A stretch of DNA of 63,325 bases, filler included. It is 14 parts of 14 records of this genome, joined end to end, with 100 filler letters (N's around TTAATTAATTAA, not from the genome) between each part and the next. Parts side by side here need not be neighbours in the genome. Positions count along the whole stretch, not along the records: positions 60,206 to 63,325 come from SRR15195285_4706; 13 more parts are not named here. The stretch is one strand, 5' to 3'. The notes beneath the pieces were generated by a model. The model was not told the origin of the DNA, searched no databases, and saw only the letters and a list, made by a program, of their open reading frames with translations. The position numbers and the translations under genes were made by a program. Positions 60,711-63,325 of the stretch are shown piece after piece. Every line of letters starts with the position of its first letter. Within the stretch, counting starts at the first letter, position 1.

Positions 60711-62235
60711 CGCTGCCCCGCCCCCCAATGCTATGCCGTCAACCCAAAGGCTCCCGAATTCACACCGTTTTCCACAGGCGATGTCCAACGCTCGAAATCT
60801 CTTTTGCTCTTTTCTACGGTAGACTACATAGACTGTAAGACACTATGATTGTCTTTGCGTGGATGGGAGGTGACTGGGAAGTAATGTGGTTTCGAACTGG
60901 GCGGGAAAAGCCTCCTTTTTCCCCGTTTGTCCGCTGAATCTGACCCTGTTTTTGCTCCGTCGATGTTCCCCCGCAAAACGCTGTTTTTCATCTTTCCACG
61001 TAAATTATCTTCCCGTTCAGAACAACACGGATATCTGTGTCAATGCTGGGAAATATCGCAGCGACTCGAGATGGTCATACAGGTGCACTCGATTTCTGAG
61101 TGAGAACTGCATTTGGACTCTGAGAACTGACCGAGAAAAAAGAACAGTTCTGTGTACGGAGGTTGGCCGTGGATTGATCCTCAAACGCCAAGGTGGCCTA
61201 TGTTTCCCGCGCCATTTGAGGCGTGGATTCTCTCCCTCAGCTCTCGGACGACGCCGTCCCTAAATCCTCTCTACTGTGCGATTTACATACTATTTTCTCA
61301 TTCTTATCGCCGCATCCCCCCCGCCGTAGTAGTAGTCACTGCATAAATAGCGGCTAATTCGAGCGGCTGCTCGAGGTGCTTCGACCGGAAAGTCCCTGTC
61401 CGGTGTAGAAGCACCATAGACCGTACCATAATACGGTTAACAGGACTTCCTGGGCTGTGTCCGATAAAATGATCGATCAGAGAGTTGAATTCTGGCGCCC
61501 AGAATCGGTCGGGAGCATCCGGTCGTCGCTCCCATCGCGGCGCGACAGCATCCGGGACGGCAGCGGCGCCAAAAATCAATTCGATTGATTGGGAATCCCC
61601 CACTCATTTTTCAGAAATCAGAAAGTGGACTCAATTGATTGGTATCTCGTGCTGATGATAGAGAAAAATGTATAGAGTTTACCTGATCTGAATGTGGGGG
61701 ACTGGGAACTTCCTACCCGGGAGCCGTGAATTTCTCTGGCAGCCGAAAATTTCAGTCAAATGGCCGCAATTTTTGATCTTCTTCCCCGATTTTTCAGGCG
61801 GTTAGACCCTTCAAATTCGGCCCTGCACGCACACAGTTTACACTCAGCAAACAGTGAGCGTGTTCTACGCCCACCGCATTCTGCATGGCGTCGTCCGATC
61901 ACTTCACAGCCGAGCCAGAACAACAGGAACACTAGGGAATCATGCACGAAAATACGCAGCGATTCGAGTAGCGCTAGCTGTCCCAATGTATTTCTCAGTA
62001 CCTTCTCAACACCCCAAACGCCATTCACACTCAAGTTGGGTCAGAAAATTCATTTCTTAAGTCATTCAAAACCCTAGTGAATTCATGAGTAATTTGAAAC
62101 AAAAAGCGACTCTCTCTGGACCACACCGAAACCGCCCGCGTTCCTCAGTGTATTCTCCATACGCTAAACGGCTCCACAATCGCTCCTACCGTGCCATTCC
62201 CCTTCCCTGCAGATTCTCGACTTGTTTTGATGTAG

Positions 62236-62300
62236 AGATTTGACTGGGAGATTTGACTGGGGGATTTGACTGGCGGATTTGACTGGCGGATTTGACTGGG
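62236..62300 (+). repeat. 13-bp tandem repeat x5 (RGATTTGACTGGS)
   Basis: agatttgactggg agatttgactggg ggatttgactggc ggatttgactggc ggatttgactggg. Confidence 0.95.
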
Positions 62301-62484
62301 GGGGGGACACGTGTCGCTGTAGACCAGTGCGTAACGGTCGGGTTTGAATAGCATACCACGCCGCGCGCGGTGTAGTTCAGAGACGGCTCGGGTTTGAACC
62401 GCAGGGGGCACCCTCCTCTGCGGGAGGAAGGGGGGGGGGAAGGGGAAGGGCAGCGTGGGAGATTTTTCCCTTGCGGGCATCGCG

Positions 62485-63325
62485 ATGGCGCTGGCGATGG
62501 CCGGCCATGGGAGCGCGGGGGGGCAGCTGGCGGAGCTCACCGCCTGGCTGGACATGGTCGCGCATGCTGGGGAGTTCGCGGGGACGTTCGCGCAGCGCGG
62601 GTATACGACCCCGCAGGCGGTGGCGCGCTCCGGGCTGACGGAGGAGAACCTGCGGGCCATGGGGATGTCGAAGATGAAGACGCGCAAGGCGGTCCTGCAC
62701 GCGCTGAAGGGCGTGGCGGCGTCACCGATGATGCCGCTGCCGGAGCCGCCGCCGATGATGCCTGAGCTGGAGCCAGAAATGCCCGTCGACGCCTTCTTCG
62801 CTGCTCCAGCGGCCGGCGGGACAGACGCGATGGGCCTAGCCGGCAGCCCCTGGGACCCGGGCTGGGCTCCGGCGCAGCCCAGCGCGGCGGCGGGGTCTTC
62901 CGAGAGCTGGAATGTGCGCCAGCGCCCTCCTTGTCTCCCCTCCCATGTCGCGTTGCGCTGCGCCCAACTGATGAATCGCGCTGCTGCGTACAGGCTCTCC
63001 CACCAGGGCTAGGCGACGTGGACAGCGGAGTACCCGGGCTGGACTGGGGCGCCGAGGCGGCGTCGTTCGGAGCTTTCCCAGGTGATCATCCTTTCGGTGG
63101 ATTCACGGCGGCGGCAGCAGCGAGCGGCGAAGCAGCGGCGGACTCGTGGACGCCGCCGTGGGAAACGAGCAGCTCAGGCCCTGAGCAGAGCAGACTTGTG
63201 CAAGTGACGTCCAGCGCGGAACCAGCACAGACGGACTCCCGCTTTGCAACACAGCCGCAGCAGCAGCCGCCGCAGCTGCCGCAGCCGCAGCAGCAAGTGC
63301 AGCAGCAGCAGCAGCAGCAGCAGCA
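62485..63325 (+). CDS. SAM-domain protein, 3'-truncated at a CAG (poly-Q) tract
   Basis: LTAWLDMV..FAGTFAQRGYTT..LTEENLRAMGMSKMKTRKAVLHAL, a Pro-rich linker, and a probable intron at about 62914-62992. Confidence 0.7.

Noticed and set aside
62236-62300. CRISPR-like array
   Set aside because: Head-to-tail 13-bp units with no spacers and no cas genes, in a eukaryotic context.

Overview
This is eukaryotic, GC-rich, intron-containing DNA. It is not one contiguous locus: 14 short contigs (about 3-6 kb) are joined by 13 artificial 100-nt linkers (N44-TTAATTAATTAA-N44), so neighbourhood across linkers is meaningless. One contig carries an rDNA operon whose 18S contains the exact target of the picobiliphyte probe PICOBI01 (probe sequence recalled from the literature). 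This points to a Picozoa single-cell or metagenome assembly, assuming all contigs come from one organism. About 23 protein genes or gene fragments were reconstructed by hand using short GT-AG introns (mostly about 60-160 nt). The most notable signals are unusual domain fusions: (1) TRIP4/ASC-1 (UBA-like, zf-C2HC5, ASCH) fused via a UIM-like motif to an intact AlkB-family dioxygenase, suggesting one polypeptide couples ribosome quality control with alkylation repair, with a frame break between the zinc finger and ASCH; (2) a UBE3B/C-type IQ scaffold whose HECT domain is replaced by TPR + U-box; (3) a chromodomain + YABBY-like HMG protein; (4) MTFP1 flanked on both sides by DxxGDG repeats; (5) a secreted dockerin-like/discoidin/LamG/FN2/NIDO mosaic protein. 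Non-coding patterns include TpA/palindrome-rich intergenic patches, (GC)n runs upstream of many start codons, and a repeated hairpin-loop motif in the rDNA spacers. All family assignments come from motif recognition by eye; no searches were run.
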